64,000 bases of DNA. It comes from Sphagnum compactum. Lineage: Eukaryota. Positions 48,614 through 62,900 of this stretch are shown piece after piece. The stretch's first letter is position 1. Each line of letters begins with the position of its first letter. The translations under genes and the position numbers were made by a program. The notes under the pieces were generated by a model. That model saw nothing but the letters and a program-made list of their open reading frames with translations. It searched no databases and was not told the origin of the DNA. The stretch covers positions 248,001 through 312,000 of the forward strand of contig OZ234494.1 of the NCBI GenBank assembly GCA_965153455.1. The letters are read 5' to 3'.

Positions 48614-50915
48614 ATGCAAGGAGTAAGAGGCGTCATGCTTGGATTATGTTTGGCATTGTGTTTGGCACATTGTTGGAGGTTTCTTTCATCTTGATCTCAA
48701 GAATTGATCAGCATCTTGCATGCAGAAAGAGTTCCCTGGCTGTGCTTTGCAAATCAGGATCAACTGTGCAAAGGCAAACACCCTTGAATTTTTTAGTGGT
48801 TGGTGACTGGGGTCGAAATGGGCTTTACAACCAGTTGCTGGTGGCAGAGCAGATAACCTGGGGGAGTTTGTTATATGTACCATCTGAATGATGAGATTAT
48901 TTTCTGTTTGCTTTTTTTTCTTTTATGTGTACTCCACTGAGTAGTGTGTTGTACACAACAGATGGGGAATGTGGGAGTCCAACACAATGTTAACTTCATA
49001 ACATCCACTGGAGACAATTTCTATGAAAATGGATTGACTGGTCCAGATGATGAACAATTTAGCACTTCATTCTCAAATATCTACACACAGAAAAGCTTGG
49101 AGACCACTTGGTACTCAGGTAATATTGTGTTTCCAGTTGGCAGATGCCAAAGGTTGGGGATCTATGCACTGTGATTGTTTTGAATTCATGCAATAGACTG
49201 TAGGATGTCAGGACATTATTTTATGTTAAAGTGACAAACTGTACTTGCTGAATTTGGATTCCAGTGCTGGGTAATCATGATTATCATGGGAATGTAAGTG
49301 CTCAAGTGGACCAGAAAGTTACTTTCCGTGACCCTAGGTGGAATTGCCACAACAATTTCCAACTTATCCATGACCTTGGCAACACACCTCAAGGTATCTG
49401 CACAACATATTATGAAGTGATTGTAGTCAGTTTATCATGGAATTGGAACTCTATTTTTGTGTCTCCACTTCACTCTGGCAGCATCTATTTTCGTTTGTGT
49501 CACTTTAGATCATGGATTTTCAACTTGTATTGTGATATTCATTAGAATGTACTGGCTCATCCTCAGATTGCCTTTTTGAGGGGTGACAATTTGGTTTTGG
49601 GAGATGACTAGGATCAACAGGTTTGCTTGTTGGGGTGAAAGTAGGAACTAAGCACAGGTTGTTTGTATAACCCAGTTTTGCAGTGTCCTAAGCCAGCTTG
49701 CTCTGCTGTATCTGACCTACAGGGGAAGCAGCAACGGTGGAATTTTTCTTCATTGACACCAACCCATTTGTAGAGGAATACTGGACAATGAAAAGCTTAT
49801 ATGCCTGGCAGTTGCCAATTCTTCAAAAGGATTATATTATGGAGGAGCTCATGGTGCCTGCTCTATGCATTGACTCTCATCGAGATAGATAGTGAGTTGC
49901 TACAATTTCATTTAAATTTTGTTGGAGGATTCTTGGTTTTGAGTTCAGCTATTAAGCATAATCCCAGCATTGGCTGTGTATTGCAGAATTTGACAAATGC
50001 ATTAACAGCTTCAACAGCCAAGTGGAAGATTGTGATTGGGCACCATACAATGCGGAGTATGGGTACTCATGGCAATACTCTGGAGCTCCTTCAAGCTGGA
50101 CTTCCAATCCTTGAGGTATGAAGTTTTATTTTCCAACATTTGTAGATGTACTGTACTGCTTTAGAGTTCTGTCATGGTCTCTCAGGTTACTGAACTGTCA
50201 GGTATCCTTTGTTGTTCTTAAGATTATTGTCGGCAATATCTCTCACTTAATTGTTTTAGTGAAGAGGACTTTCTTCCTGGATTGTTCTGCATACTCTATT
50301 TATCTGCCCTCTGCAGACAAGTTTTAGATCCCAGAAATAAAGAATCATAAACCAACATTTAATATTCAGGCCACTGAGGCAAACTAATTTCATATTGCTA
50401 AGTACATGCTTGGATTTATCTATGCATCCAGGCAAATGTTGTGGACTTGTACATAAATGGTCATGGTCACTGCATGCAACATATCAAGTGTCCTGATAGG
50501 TATTTCTTGAGTGCTCTTTTTGATGTTGACACATTAGGACTTCCTCCAGGGAATGCTTTTATCATTTGTTCACAATAAGTGCAACATGTAAACTTATGTG
50601 CCTGTTTCATATAAACCATAATGGTGTACTGTGACCATTTATTACACTACAGTTTCCTTTGACAAGAAGTATCATTCTTTGGATTTAGGTGTGGTGAATG
50701 CATGTGCCGTTTTTGTTGTATGCAGCCCAGTACACTTCCTAACAAGTGGAGGTGGCTCAAAAGCTTGGAGAGGTACCAAACCACATATTAATGCAGAGGA
50801 AGATCTTAGCCTGCGATTCTACTATGATGGCCAGGGATTTGCAGCTGTTCCTATGCTGCCAACAGAGGTTCGCATTGATTTGTATAATATCTCAGGTCAA
50901 TCATGTACTCAATGA
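48614..50915 (+). pseudogene. Purple acid phosphatase (small type-5/PAP17-like), 7 exons, probably inactivated
   Basis: Metallophosphoesterase motifs GDWG, GDNFY, GNHD, VIGHH, GHGH (for GHDH) and TSGGGS in AG/GT-bounded exons (48962-49118, 49265-49393, 49723-49853, 49988-50116, 50432-50499, 50726-50915). Exon 1 is frameshifted and its donor reads AT at 48853. Confidence 0.88.
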
Positions 50916-52239
50916 ATCTCCAGAAAATTTGATTTTACAGATGTTTCTGTAGAGATGAGAAAATGCCAAATATATCCAGTAACTTCTCTGGATTGATTAT
51001 TTCCAGATAAAACATATACAAAGTTGGGCAAGAAAACAAGGTATTTTGCTCAACTACAGGGTTCTCTTTCAGAGTGTAGATCATTTGTGTCATGATGTTG
51101 GCAGCCAATGTTTTGAGAAGACATAGACAAGCTCAAAGCTGTGTGTCTAAGTACTTACACAAGTAGCTTCCAAATTTATGACCCAAGTGACAGTCCTCAC
51201 TTATGGACTTGTAAATGTCAATTATAGGGATAGTTCTCAATTTACAGGAGAGTCAATCATATTGTGGATTGAACATATCTAGATTTCTTGGCTACAAGGT
51301 GGTGGCAAATTGATTGTCATACTTGGTTGGGAATAAGTGCCACAATATTTTTCTCTTTATTTCAGTTTGCAATATTGGATACATTGATGTCTCATGTTCA
51401 GAGCGAAATGATGTGTTGGTCATGACTGTTGGGGATCAATCAATATCTGAACTTAAAGTTCATAAAGTACACTCAGATGCTTGTGTTTTGGTGATGTTGC
51501 TGAGTCAGGTGTGATAGCACAAAATTCTGGAGGGAGTTGGTTTCTTGAATTTGTTTTGAAGTTGAACAGATGTTTTGTGTCTCTCAGAGCTGAATGTCTG
51601 ACACTTTTGTAAGTGACTCAAGTGCACTCAAGTTTCATGTTACCTTTCAAAGTGTTGTTGTGGAGATTTCAAAGGATTGTACAGGAAAGCCATGACAAGC
51701 CATAGCCACCTGCACTTCAAGTTGGATGGTATGGATTTCCTATGCCAGAAGAGCTTGGACCATTTATGAGCTTGGCTAGTCCATTGATTATGAGATGTGC
51801 TCTTGGCATGGTACATGATTTTCATCTAACAGTTTGCTAACCTATGACAACAATATAAGGGGATGGGCGACCCATTGTAATGTTCACTGATTTAGCATTT
51901 GCAGTATAAATATATGTGCAGCTTGGAATGACTCTTGTTTGGAAGCTGAAGTTGGCACCTTAACTAGAGTCTGTTTTCAATGACTACATAATTGTTCAAT
52001 ACCCTATGCACAGAACAATTTTTGTTGCCGTTAGTTCACTTCACTTCCACTTAGTTGAGGTTGTAAATGCAGAGAATGTACACGTTAGCAGCAAAGGCAG
52101 CAGCAGGCATGGGGACTTTGCAAATTGCGGCTCACCAAGTAGTTATGCAGGTATGTGTGATGCTCTCAAATGGAACCCTGAACCTAAACCTGTTGAATAT
52201 TCAGATCCAAAATTGACTATGCTGGACTCAAGTCTGGTT

Positions 52240-55200
52240 GCGGGTGACCTCTAGGAAGGATCAGGGTCAATACTGGTATAACAAGAGTATCCCTTACCAA
52301 TATGTTCCAGTCAAGGCTTTTGCTGATGCATTCCAAAGGTTCCATGTGGGGGAGCGACTCTATCAGGAGCTCACCATTCCATTTGACAGAACAAAATGCC
52401 ATCCAGCTGTGCTTGTGACTAAGAAGTACGCCCATAGCAATTGGGAGATTTTTCAAGCCAGTTATGCAAGGGAAAAGATGCTGATGAATGCATTTGTGTC
52501 CATCTTAAGATGGTCCAGATGCACATTTCTTCTATTTGGTATGAAGTGTTTCCAAATGACCGAACATTTCATGTCTGCACTTCATTGCTCACAAATTTCA
52601 CCTGAGAAGAAGAAGGCAACTTGATAATAGGCTACTTGTTTAGCACAACTTATGCATCAATACACTATAGTTACTGCAGTTGCAAAATACTAACTTATAG
52701 TTTTGGTTTAGCTGATTGCTTTGACATCATGAGCAGCATAGATTGACTGATACTTTGTTGACTGTCTGGCAGATTTCAATTGTGGCTTTAATCACTATGT
52801 CGGTGTTTCTCCACACTAAATTGCACCCAAATTCTGTAAACAGTGGGATCCTGTATATTCGTGTCATGTTCTTTGGTCTTATAAATGTCTTGTTCAATGG
52901 GTTCATGGATATGGCATTGACTGTAATGTGCCTGCCAGTATTTTACAAGCAACGGGACATTCCTTTATCCAATATGGGCATTTGTACTTCCTTCCTACTT
53001 TTTATGATTGCCCTTGTCCATCTTTGAAACTTTTACCTGGATGATTCTGACATACTGGACCATTGGTTTTTCTACTGAAGCTAGCCCATAAGCAGCTATC
53101 TCAAGCTTGCGCTGAAAAATTTCCTTATGATTGATGCATGTGTCTGATCTTGACTTGAGGTCTGTTCCTCATTTAGTCCAGCCCTTGAATTTCCAATGTG
53201 TTTGTCAAGCAGAAAGATTGTTCTCCGAATATTTAATGTAAGACTCAAGAATGATTGGTATGTGAAAGGTCTTTAACCTTAGAGTCATCATAGTATGTTG
53301 TGTACTCAATGGTGAACTCAAATTTGCAAGCCCTCTCTGTGTGGTTCTGAAATCAGGCATAACTTCCATATACCATATTGCCCATGCACCAGAAACTTGT
53401 TCTTTTACTGAGTCACATTGAGTAGATTTCATGACCCCATGTCCTAACCAAAACTCAGCTGTTTCTGTCACGGATCTGCCACCTCTCATTCAATTGTTTC
53501 CTTTCTTCAGCTTCTTCCAGCAATGGCTGGTGCTCTGTGAAATGCATCAGTTATCAGCCTGCTGCATTGTGATCTTACTGGCATTAGGAGGCTTTATTGT
53601 TTCCAGAGGTACCACTTTGCCATGTTCCCCTCCCAAAGATGTCTCTTCTACCAGCCTCATAAGTCTTGCATGGTTTAGACATGGTTCTTTTTTTAAGTAC
53701 TGGCACATTAAGATGGTAAGCTTGTTTTGCAACTAAAGCCCTGAAGTATATGTTGTCTGACATATGCTCTACATATCAATCTACTCTACAGCAAATATTC
53801 CTCCTTAGTGGATTTGGGGGTATTGGCTGTCACCATTCACCTATGCACTAGATGTTCTTTCTGTTAATGAGTTTCTAGCTCCACGGTGGAACAAGGTATG
53901 CGTATCTTAGTGTGTCCATGTGATTATCCCTTGCATCTTCTCTTGCATGAGCATGCCTCTCGGAGCCTGAGGCACTTCAGAGGTTAGAGCGTAACTGGAC
54001 AACAGCCTTTGGGAGGTTTCTAGATATGAGTTGTGTCATCTAGACTGCTCTTCATTGTCTCATCCACTGCTAGATTTTGAGTGCCTCAATGAAGTCTAAA
54101 TATCTCCAATATGATGATGAATTTGTGAGAATTGATGCCAGCTTGTGGCCTCATTTTGTAGCAAGGGGAAGCAGATGATGGATTAACTTTTGGAAGAGAA
54201 ATTTTATTGGAGCAGAGAATGTTCGACAGAGGCTACTGGTATTGGTTTGATGTAGGAGTCTTGATTGCATATTCTATTCTATTGAACTTCCTGTACTGCT
54301 GTTTCCTGATCTATCTCAACTGTTAATGGATCTCCAATCCTTCAAGAGCATATCACATGAAAATCTAGTCATCTGCATGTGTCCACACAACAGTGAGAGA
54401 TCTGTAGTCATATGCATCATATGTCAAGTCTCACTGTTGATAAGAGCTACATTTAGTTGTAGCTTCACACCAAATGGTTTTCTGAGGTTAAGCAATGGCC
54501 CAGAGAGTCAAATGACCAGACACTTCTAGTCCTGTGGCTCCCTCATGTATTCTTGAACTGAACTTGGCAAAGGGGTGATGCAGCCAGTATTTTGTTCTTC
54601 ATTTCATTTCGCTTGCCAATCTTTGATTCCTAAACAACCTCATATCAATCATTACAGAGGACTGCAATATCATGCAAAGTTATCTTGCGGTTTGACCACT
54701 CAACCTCTTGCTGTATGTGGAGAAGGAGATGACCTCTCAAGATAGTGTGGTTGTACTCTTAGCAATGGATTGAGCCCGTAAGCAAACCACTGGTGTCCAT
54801 ATCCAACATAACTGACTCATGCTGTTTAGGTGGTTGCAGCTCTTGACAAGCCAAAAGCAGCGCTGTCACAGGAGTCTTTTGATGAAAAAATGAGAAATAA
54901 GATTGGAGATGCAGGCAATGTGAAGAATGGATCTCTTACAACATCATCTGGCAGCAATCCTCAGATTCCAGAGTAGTCAATTGAACTTAACAGTATGTCA
55001 TGAACTCCCATATCTGATTTTTTCCTAACATTGGCATGTTATTGCTACATTGCATTTATGGTGCTTCACCATAAACAACAACAGTTACAGTCCAATCCAT
55101 CAGGTATCTTGATTGTTTTAAGAAAATGTGTTATTTCACATAATCAACCATCTTGCAGTCATCATGCTTCAAATAGTGATAATGGCAAATCACACATACA

Positions 55201-55446
55201 GATCTGAATATAACATGACTGAGTTTATAGCCTGCTTGAACTCAACCATGTCAAATGCAAATTGTGTACAGGTTGCTCTTCAGTATGTCACGGTGATCCA
55301 GTATTTCATCAGCAGGAGCAAATTCAGACCGGTCTGATGGAGTGGCTGAAGCAGATGTACTACTGCCCAAGAAGGGAATGGTTCTACCATTTCAGCCACT
55401 GTCCATTGCTTTCAACCATATAAACTACTTTATTGACATGCCTCCT
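52240..55446 (+). pseudogene. PDR-type ABCG transporter fragment (first TMD to PDR-associated region, no NBD)
   Basis: RKDQGQYW...PFDRTKCHPA; LFNGF...[18 protein letters not shown]...[38 protein letters not shown]; stops and frameshifts. Confidence 0.9.
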
Positions 55447-55812
55447 GTAAGCTCTGCCTTCTACACTATAAGAAGGATCTACTCCTTCCTACTAGTTATG
55501 TTGGGGAGCAAATGTGGCTTACCGTGGGGATTTCTGTTTGGAATTTTTTTTTCCATTTATCTTTGTGCTTTCAATTTTTGGCTTCAATTCTGGATTTCAA
55601 TCAACCCCAATCCTCCCTTTGTTACTGTTCTCAATACCAGATGCAATGAGCCTGTTTTACAGTGAATGCAAGGTGCTTCTTCTCTCCTCTTCTCACTTGA
55701 ATGGCAATACTCCCAATATGAACTCCACATTCATGATTTGGGTGTCAACATAGGGATATTGTCTAGAGTTCTATTTACATTTCTAGTAATTTTGTTTTTG
55801 GGTTTGATGCAG

Positions 55813-56165
55813 AATGAGGAATTAGAGGTGTTACTAAAACCAATCACATCTGCCAAAGAAATCCCAGGTAAATAGATGGAATTTGTTAAGAAAACGTGAG
55901 CAAAAGCATCAATCTGATCACTACTTGCATGTAAGGAAGGAATAGGCCCCTAGGTCTATGGCTTGTCTTGCTTACTTTTCAACTGTGTATGCAATTCTTT
56001 CTGCTTACAGTAAAGTGTTGAAATTTTGTGTTGGGTTCAAAATTTGTGTGCATGGGACATACACAAAATTCATGGATCAAATATGGGAGCAAGGACTAAA
56101 GCAAATGAAGCGCAACCATATCCATTTTGCTCCTGGTTTGCCAGAAGAAAATGGTGTCATTAGTG
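55813..56165 (+). pseudogene. TPT1: tRNA 2'-phosphotransferase fragment (two exons)
   Basis: LLKPITSAKEIP|VCVHGTY...GLKQMKRNHIHFAPGLPEENGVISG, matching the Tpt1/KptA HGT and RxHIH motifs; the second acceptor reads AA instead of AG. Confidence 0.8.
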
Positions 56166-59100
56166 GTATGTTCCAGTTATATTCTTGCTAAAGTTTTCTG
56201 CTTCCATGTTTGTATTCCTCACAAGTGATGGGTATTGTTTGAATTGAAATTGCATTCCTGTCTTGGTCAGGTACTGGTGTAAAGTTGATGAATGGTCCAT
56301 GTTGTTTTGGGGATCTGAGGATGGCAAACGACCCCTCTTTGTGGTGCAGGTGGTGAGCACACAGTGGCTCTATTTGACCAAGTTCCAGGCAATCAAAGCA
56401 TTGTCCAGTTCTATTTGCATCTGAAGGCTGGTCCTAAGCGAATATTCAGTTGCACCTGCTGCTGTCACCATTTGTTTGAGAAAAGAGGGGGCACCTTACA
56501 CAGAAAGTAAGAACCAAAAGAACAGAGGTGGTTTTGGGAATGACAGTACCTTGCAAGTCAGGAGTCCAACACAATGCGGTCCGAGTTCCCAGAGCAGCCC
56601 TTACCCCATGTAAAGAACCAGTTAGAACTTCAACAGACTGGCTGTGATTCATTTGAGTGGAGAGGAGATGACATACCTTACACTTTTAAGTTCCTCAAAA
56701 CAAGTAACCTTAAGTGAGGAACCTTACAAGGTGCCATCCTCTGTTGAGACAGAAATTTTACTGAGGGTAAGGCACCCTCCACATATAGGTAATGGAAAAT
56801 TCTCCCATGCCTAGCAAAATTTAATGAAACCAATCCATAACTGCATAGGAGGCACAACCTTATGAAACAAAGCAAAACCTTTTCTTTACAGAACCAAAAA
56901 ATAAAATCCCACTTCAAGGCAATCACAGATTCCCAGAATCATGCACCAGATTACTAAAGCAAGGGAAGAAGCTATGGAAAGTAAATGGGCAGGTTGTCAG
57001 CAAATCCACAACGTAGAGAAGATATACATTACAAATCCATGAGGTAACAAAGCTGGGATATATAGAAGGACCATTTTCACTGCTCCTGATTCTTCAATCA
57101 ATACACCACACCAGTTCCCACACGAGCAATTGTTGGAAGTAAGAAATAGCTATTGCAACTCTGGAACAGAGGCGACGGTGAAACACTTTCAGGTTGGCAC
57201 CGTTTCACGGTCGCCTCTGTTCCGTTCTCATACCTCCCTAAACACCTACGTTACCTGCACATGGAAAATCACGCACTTGGTGAAGCTACAGCATTCAGTC
57301 TTGTCTCGCAACCTTGGGCTGTTTCCAACCTCTAGACGGGTGGGACTAAAATATGTTGCAGGCTTCCGAATGGTCCAAGGCCTTGTCGCTCGAGATTACC
57401 ATCTTTCGTCTTCCGGTCTAACCACAGAGTTGTTTAATTCTAGAACTTAATGTTTCCAAACCACGTCATGCAGTTGCAGGATCCAGCTAATTCAAAATCC
57501 TTCACAGATCTCATTTGCGTTTGTTGATAACTAGAAACACCGAGGAGACACCAAATCAAGCTTCCCCCCTGCTTACAAAGCAGCGTACTCAGCCTGCTCT
57601 CCAAGACCCACTCATGATCATATCTGCTGATAGTTTCAGAAAACACATCCCGCTCCATGGACAACAATATTTGCCTGAAATCGCAGCTTCACTCTGAAAT
57701 ATCCTGTTCAGCAGATGGGTCGCGCACATGAAGGAAGAAGCGCGGCAGACTGCCGCGCGAGAAGCAGATTTGCCCGCGATCAGCGACAAAACCTGGCAGG
57801 CGGAAAATCCCGACGTTCGGCTCGGCCGCACCCTGCAGACGTCTGCCTGCCATTGTACCTCCGCTTCCGGCCTGCCCACGAACTGCGGCGCTCCGTTTAG
57901 CACTCTGCCCGAGTCTCTCACGAGTTTTACCGTTCACGTTCGTGCTCACCCGTGCTCACCAACCTGCATTTCATTCCATAGCCATTTTCTCACGGCCAAC
58001 ATTTCTGAATTCAGCATATTGATTGTCTTCGCCCTCATCATGGTTGTCAGAAAGGGAAACTCTTCCACATTTGGGCTGATTGTGTCCGCTCTGTAAGGCT
58101 GAGAAGAGATGATACATGGGTGGTCAGATTTGACAAGTGGGGAAGATCAGGTGAGCTATGTTAACCGGTTACATTTTTCCTGAGAAGAAACGTAATTGAA
58201 TTTTGAGAGTATGAATTGATCTCAGCATGTATGTTCATCTAGCACTGCAAAAGTGTACGTTCTCCTGAAAGTTGTACAGGTCTGAGTTGCTCAGTGACAC
58301 TTTGTGTACTTCTTTGCTGCAGATAAGGTTGTCACATGTGCACTCACAACATCCTTGCTACAAGAAAATGTACACTCTTACTCCAGCACATGAAATTTGA
58401 AACATCTGATGGATATATCTGATTTGTTTCTCCTCTGTGGTTGGGGCACTGAACAAGTCTGCAGCAGACTGCTGTCGGCCACCATTTTGTAATCTGTCTT
58501 CACCTTGCTGTTGAATCACACCAACTGAGTGAATTAAAGTGCTCAATCAAGACCTGACAGTGAATGAGCTACATGAATGGGCTGAACTCTGAGATGTTCA
58601 CAACAGTATTTGAAGGATTTAGGCCAGACAGCTCCATGTAAGGGCTTGAAAACTCTGCAGTGCATTGAGATGTTTTTCAATTCTGTGTTTACAGAAGGAT
58701 TGCCCGAATGGAATTTACGGGAAATTTATCCACAAAACATGGCTTTCAGGATATGAAGGAACAGCGGCCATCATGAAGATGTAATTGCTCTCAAGGTGCT
58801 TCTGCTTAACCAAATATTTCAGATTCAGGTTTACTTGGATAAAGTGCTCAACTGAACTTCAGAAGTTCATGACAAGCTTTCTGATCTAGTGGAAAGATTT
58901 TGGCAAAAATTATTTCCTGTCCACTTGTGATGGTGGCTCAGTAAATTTCTGTCATTTTGTATGGGGGTGCCATGATTGCCGCTCTGTTATGAATAGTGAT
59001 TGTGGTCAATTAGGATAGTGTCACTGTTCACCCCTGTTTAAATTAATTTAATAAATTGGACAGATCAGAGTTGATTTGGTTGAGTCTTCAATGATTCTAC

Positions 59101-59869
59101 TACCTTAGGAATCTCTCATCAAGTGAAATTTTGGTCTATTGATCAAATTGTCTAGCTCTTGAACTATAATCAGTGGGTCTTGAGTCTTGACCAACCAAGA
59201 ACATGGTTGCATATGCATAAACCTGGTTGCCTTGACGTTCAGGTACTTTTTCTAACAAGGAATCAATCATACCCATGAATAATTTCCATTTAGCAGAATA
59301 CTCTGAAATTTGAGTCCAAAGTCGCAGAAGCACAAATTATTTGCCACTGACTATGTTATTTGTGACTGATTTTGACTTGGGATTTGGGCACAATGTCTGA
59401 ACTTATTTTGTGATCCCAAGGAGTTTAAGTTTCATATTCTAAGTAGGCATACACTATTACACCTCACAGATTGTCCAGGAGAAAGATGAAAATTAGTGCA
59501 AAGGGGCTGGCTGTTGAGTCCACAAATGTTTGCCATAGTATCTAGCAAAGTCTAGGTGGCAACAGCACATAAACTGCTAAATCTTTGTAGATGGGTTTAT
59601 CACTTTCAGGCAAAAGCATTCCAGTTGGGCTGGAAGTGACAAACCCATCTGTAAACTTAAAACCTAAGAGCTTGTGAACTCAACAAAATCCCATCTATCT
59701 ATTTGCTAAGCTTTTAAAACTAAGAAGTCCACATAAAAAATGCTCAATTTTGGTATTCAATGCAAGTGACATGAATGGTGTTTTGATCAGTGCCATGCAA
59801 TTCATTACTCAGTGTCCTCTATCCCAAACATTCATCCAGTTATGGCACATCAGTGGATTCACCTCAGTA

Positions 59870-60500
59870 ATCCAGATGCACTTGGGCTTGAATATGCCAA
59901 ATATATTCTGCATGAATGCATTTGGCATATATGTCAATAAGGCTATGGGCCACAAGAACATTCAAACTCATAACCACTTTGACTCATCTTCTTGTCAGAG
60001 CATCTCCATGAGTGCAGCTACAATAGTGCACATGCATTGAGCACCCCAGCAAAGTTGGCAGAGTCTGCCTGTGCCCCTTCTTGTTGCAATTGTTGAGAGA
60101 GTTTCAATGGTGCCTTCTGTCCTTGCCCAAATCTCACATGTCCCAAAAGCAGGGCAATCCAAGAGACCACATTTCATGTTGGTGTCCTGTTGAACACTCT
60201 CCATGCATCCTCTATGCCCCACATTTGATGTATATATCAGTGAGACTATGACCTGTAAACACACCAGACTCCCAAACAAGTGCCTAACTAAAATACACCT
60301 GCCTTCTTCCATTGCTTCTACACTAGCGCATGCATTCAGCAGGCCCATGAATGTGATAGGCTCAGGGTCCAATCCTTTTGCTTCTTGAGACAATAGTTAT
60401 GCCTTTTGCCCTTGCCAACATCTCATGCTCAATACTGTGGCATTTGAAGGACCACTCCCACATACATGTCTACAAGGCTAATACCCACACAGATGTCTAA
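59870..60500 (-). pseudogene. PLS-class PPR gene fragment
   Basis: GLDPEPITFMGLLNACASVEAMEEGR; frameshifts. Confidence 0.75.
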
Positions 60501-61299
60501 CTAACAACAGCCGTATGTGATCTACATATGAATGTGTTTAGTTTTGACATTGCAAGACATATTAAGTTCAGAATGAGAGATGTTACTGTGTGAGACAAAG
60601 ACTTGCAAGTTCTGCAAAATTGCAAAAGAGGCGGGGCTTCAATGATCCCAACAATCAACTCTGAGCCTTGAGCAGTATTGACAGGATAGTTGCACACTGA
60701 TAGCAACAGAGGCCATATCAACTGCACACAAGACTCAGCATGCTTGGTTGCAAAGGGTTTTCCATCTGCAGCACACTATGGAAACCGATGTCGCATTTAA
60801 AGAACCTGCACAATAGACTGCATCAGAGCTTGTCATTTTAGTGTCATAAATTCGGTCTCTGTACTTCTACCCTTCAAGCAAGCTGATCAAGCTTTGCAAA
60901 TCTCCCCTTCAGTCTTCACAGTATCGTCCATGAGCACAACAGAATCTCTTCTTGTCATCACAGATGAAGTGGCAAAAATCACCTTGCTCTTACTCCCAAA
61001 ATGGAGCCGTGACTCCTACCGAAACAGAATCGATATAATGCCGATGATGTGGTACCTCTGGGTGAGCATCGAGACAGTGGTGGAGAAGGTGGTCGAAAGA
61101 AGGAGCTCGAACAAGCCAGTTGGATTACTCTCACCTGAGCTATGAATACTTTATTCTCTACGCAACGGAATGTTGTCTTCACAATTGCGGCAATCGCTCC
61201 TTAATGTTATTAAGAGCTTGATCAAGAGCTTCAGGATAGCATCGCGCACAAAGGCTGGGGCCTTAGGAAGCGCCAGAACCAGAAACGTGCATTAGGCTG

Positions 61300-61560
61300 T
61301 GGTAAGTTAACTGCCCACTGCGGGAGTTTTAGTGCAATTGCGAGAGGACGAATCCTCAGAAACACTTTCAACCTGGAACTCTCCGACTGAGAAATGCACA
61401 GGTGGTGGTGGTGGGAGAGAGATGGGATTTGGATCGGCTTCGGATGCTCGAGAGTGGATTTGCATTTGAGTCCAATTCGGACCTTCTTCTCATGTACTGG
61501 TTGTGAGGGAAGAGCAATCGCCAAGGTTTTTGCGAACGAACCTCTTCATCATCGGTGCTG
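61300..61560 (-). pseudogene. Possible kinesin motor N-terminal fragment
   Basis: Single motif SSRLKVFLRIRPL; no P-loop found downstream. Confidence 0.3.
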
Positions 61561-62499
61561 CGAGTACAATGGTTGTGTGCAGGATGCAACTCTCTAGCAC
61601 CCGCATTTGCATTATATGTATCAACAACTTTTACAATACACTGCAATTCATCCCAGCGCGCACTGGGTAGAAACAAAGGCGGTACTCAGAGATCAAAGCA
61701 GTTGTAAGTTTTTTTGTTTTGTTCCTCTCTCTCTGTGTCTACTGCCTTCTTCTCAGTACTTGTGTTTTCTTTGCTGAAAAGCCTTTTGAACTGAATATAG
61801 GGATATCTTCGGTCGAAAATCGAAAGATTGGATACAACTTCTGCAAGATGCAATAACTCATCGTGGCTTCCTATGTGATCAAAGTACATGATTTGATAGG
61901 AAGTTTTTTGACAGTTCCTGCAGGTCAGAAAGAGAGACTGTGGCAGGAGTTCCTCATGGATCGTCGCCCTGTTGGGATCACAGATCAGAAAAGGTAACTG
62001 AACACCAATCCTGTCAGAGTTCACATGCCAATGGAGCCATAGAGCTCAAGTGTTGGTGACATTCCTTTCTCTTTATTTCTATCCTGCCATGGTGTAAACT
62101 TTGGCAGAAATTCTTTTCAAAGGACTGTTGGTGTCAATCTTGCTGCCTTCTGTTTGTTGCTATCCTGCCATGGTCTAAACTTTGGCAGAAATTCTTTTCA
62201 GATCCTTTGCACGGGACCTGGGATACCATAGCCTGGAGAAGGCATGTAAATGCAATATGCTGTGATAATATTCTCTCAATATGGAGAAGGTAAGTTTGGC
62301 TTTCTCTCTTCTTATATAGCATTTATGCCTAGGGTGGGGAGAATACATGCCTGATCAGTTTGATCTGGATTGCTGATTGTAGGCAAATGAAAGGTACCTG
62401 GATCACACATTTAAAGATGCAGGAAGGACTCTGGCTTGAGGACCGAAGAAACCCACCATGTGCGGCAGCCGATAGAGTTGTTTTGGCACCAGGCACAAT

Positions 62500-62900
62500 G
62501 CAATTGAACATTTTTGCATGGAATAAAGAGCTTACAAAACATGTTAAGGATGGGCAACCTAAGAAGGTGATCCAGCTTTTCCAACAAATGCAACAAGAAA
62601 GAATGAGTCCCAATGAATTCACTTTTGTTGAAGTCATAAAAGCACGTGCTGGTTTAGTAGCACCTGAAGATGGCAGGAATATTCATGAACAGATCATTCA
62701 AAGTGGTTGTGAGTCTAATGTCTTTGTGGGGTGTAGCCTTGTTGACATGTACATGCAAAATGTAGGAGCATGGAGGATGCTTGGAGAGTGTTCAACAAGA
62801 TGCCATCTCCAGATTGGTCACTTGGACTGCGATGATATTGGAACATGTGAAATGGGAGCAAGGCCAGAAGGCACTGGAACTATTTCAACAAAAGCAACAA
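62500..62900 (+). pseudogene. PLS-class PPR gene fragment
   Basis: NIFAWNKELTKHVKDGQPKKVIQLFQQMQQERMSPNEFTFVEVIKA...VFVGCSLVDMY, then a frameshift. Confidence 0.8.

Larger units (their letters stand above)
47517..62848 (+). repeat. Right copy (B) of the segmental duplication (may begin further left)
   Basis: See the block correspondences listed for copy A. Confidence 0.95.

Noticed and set aside
57589-58096. GC-rich overlapping ORFs of 60-120 aa
   Set aside because: No recognisable domain; openness is expected from the GC content.
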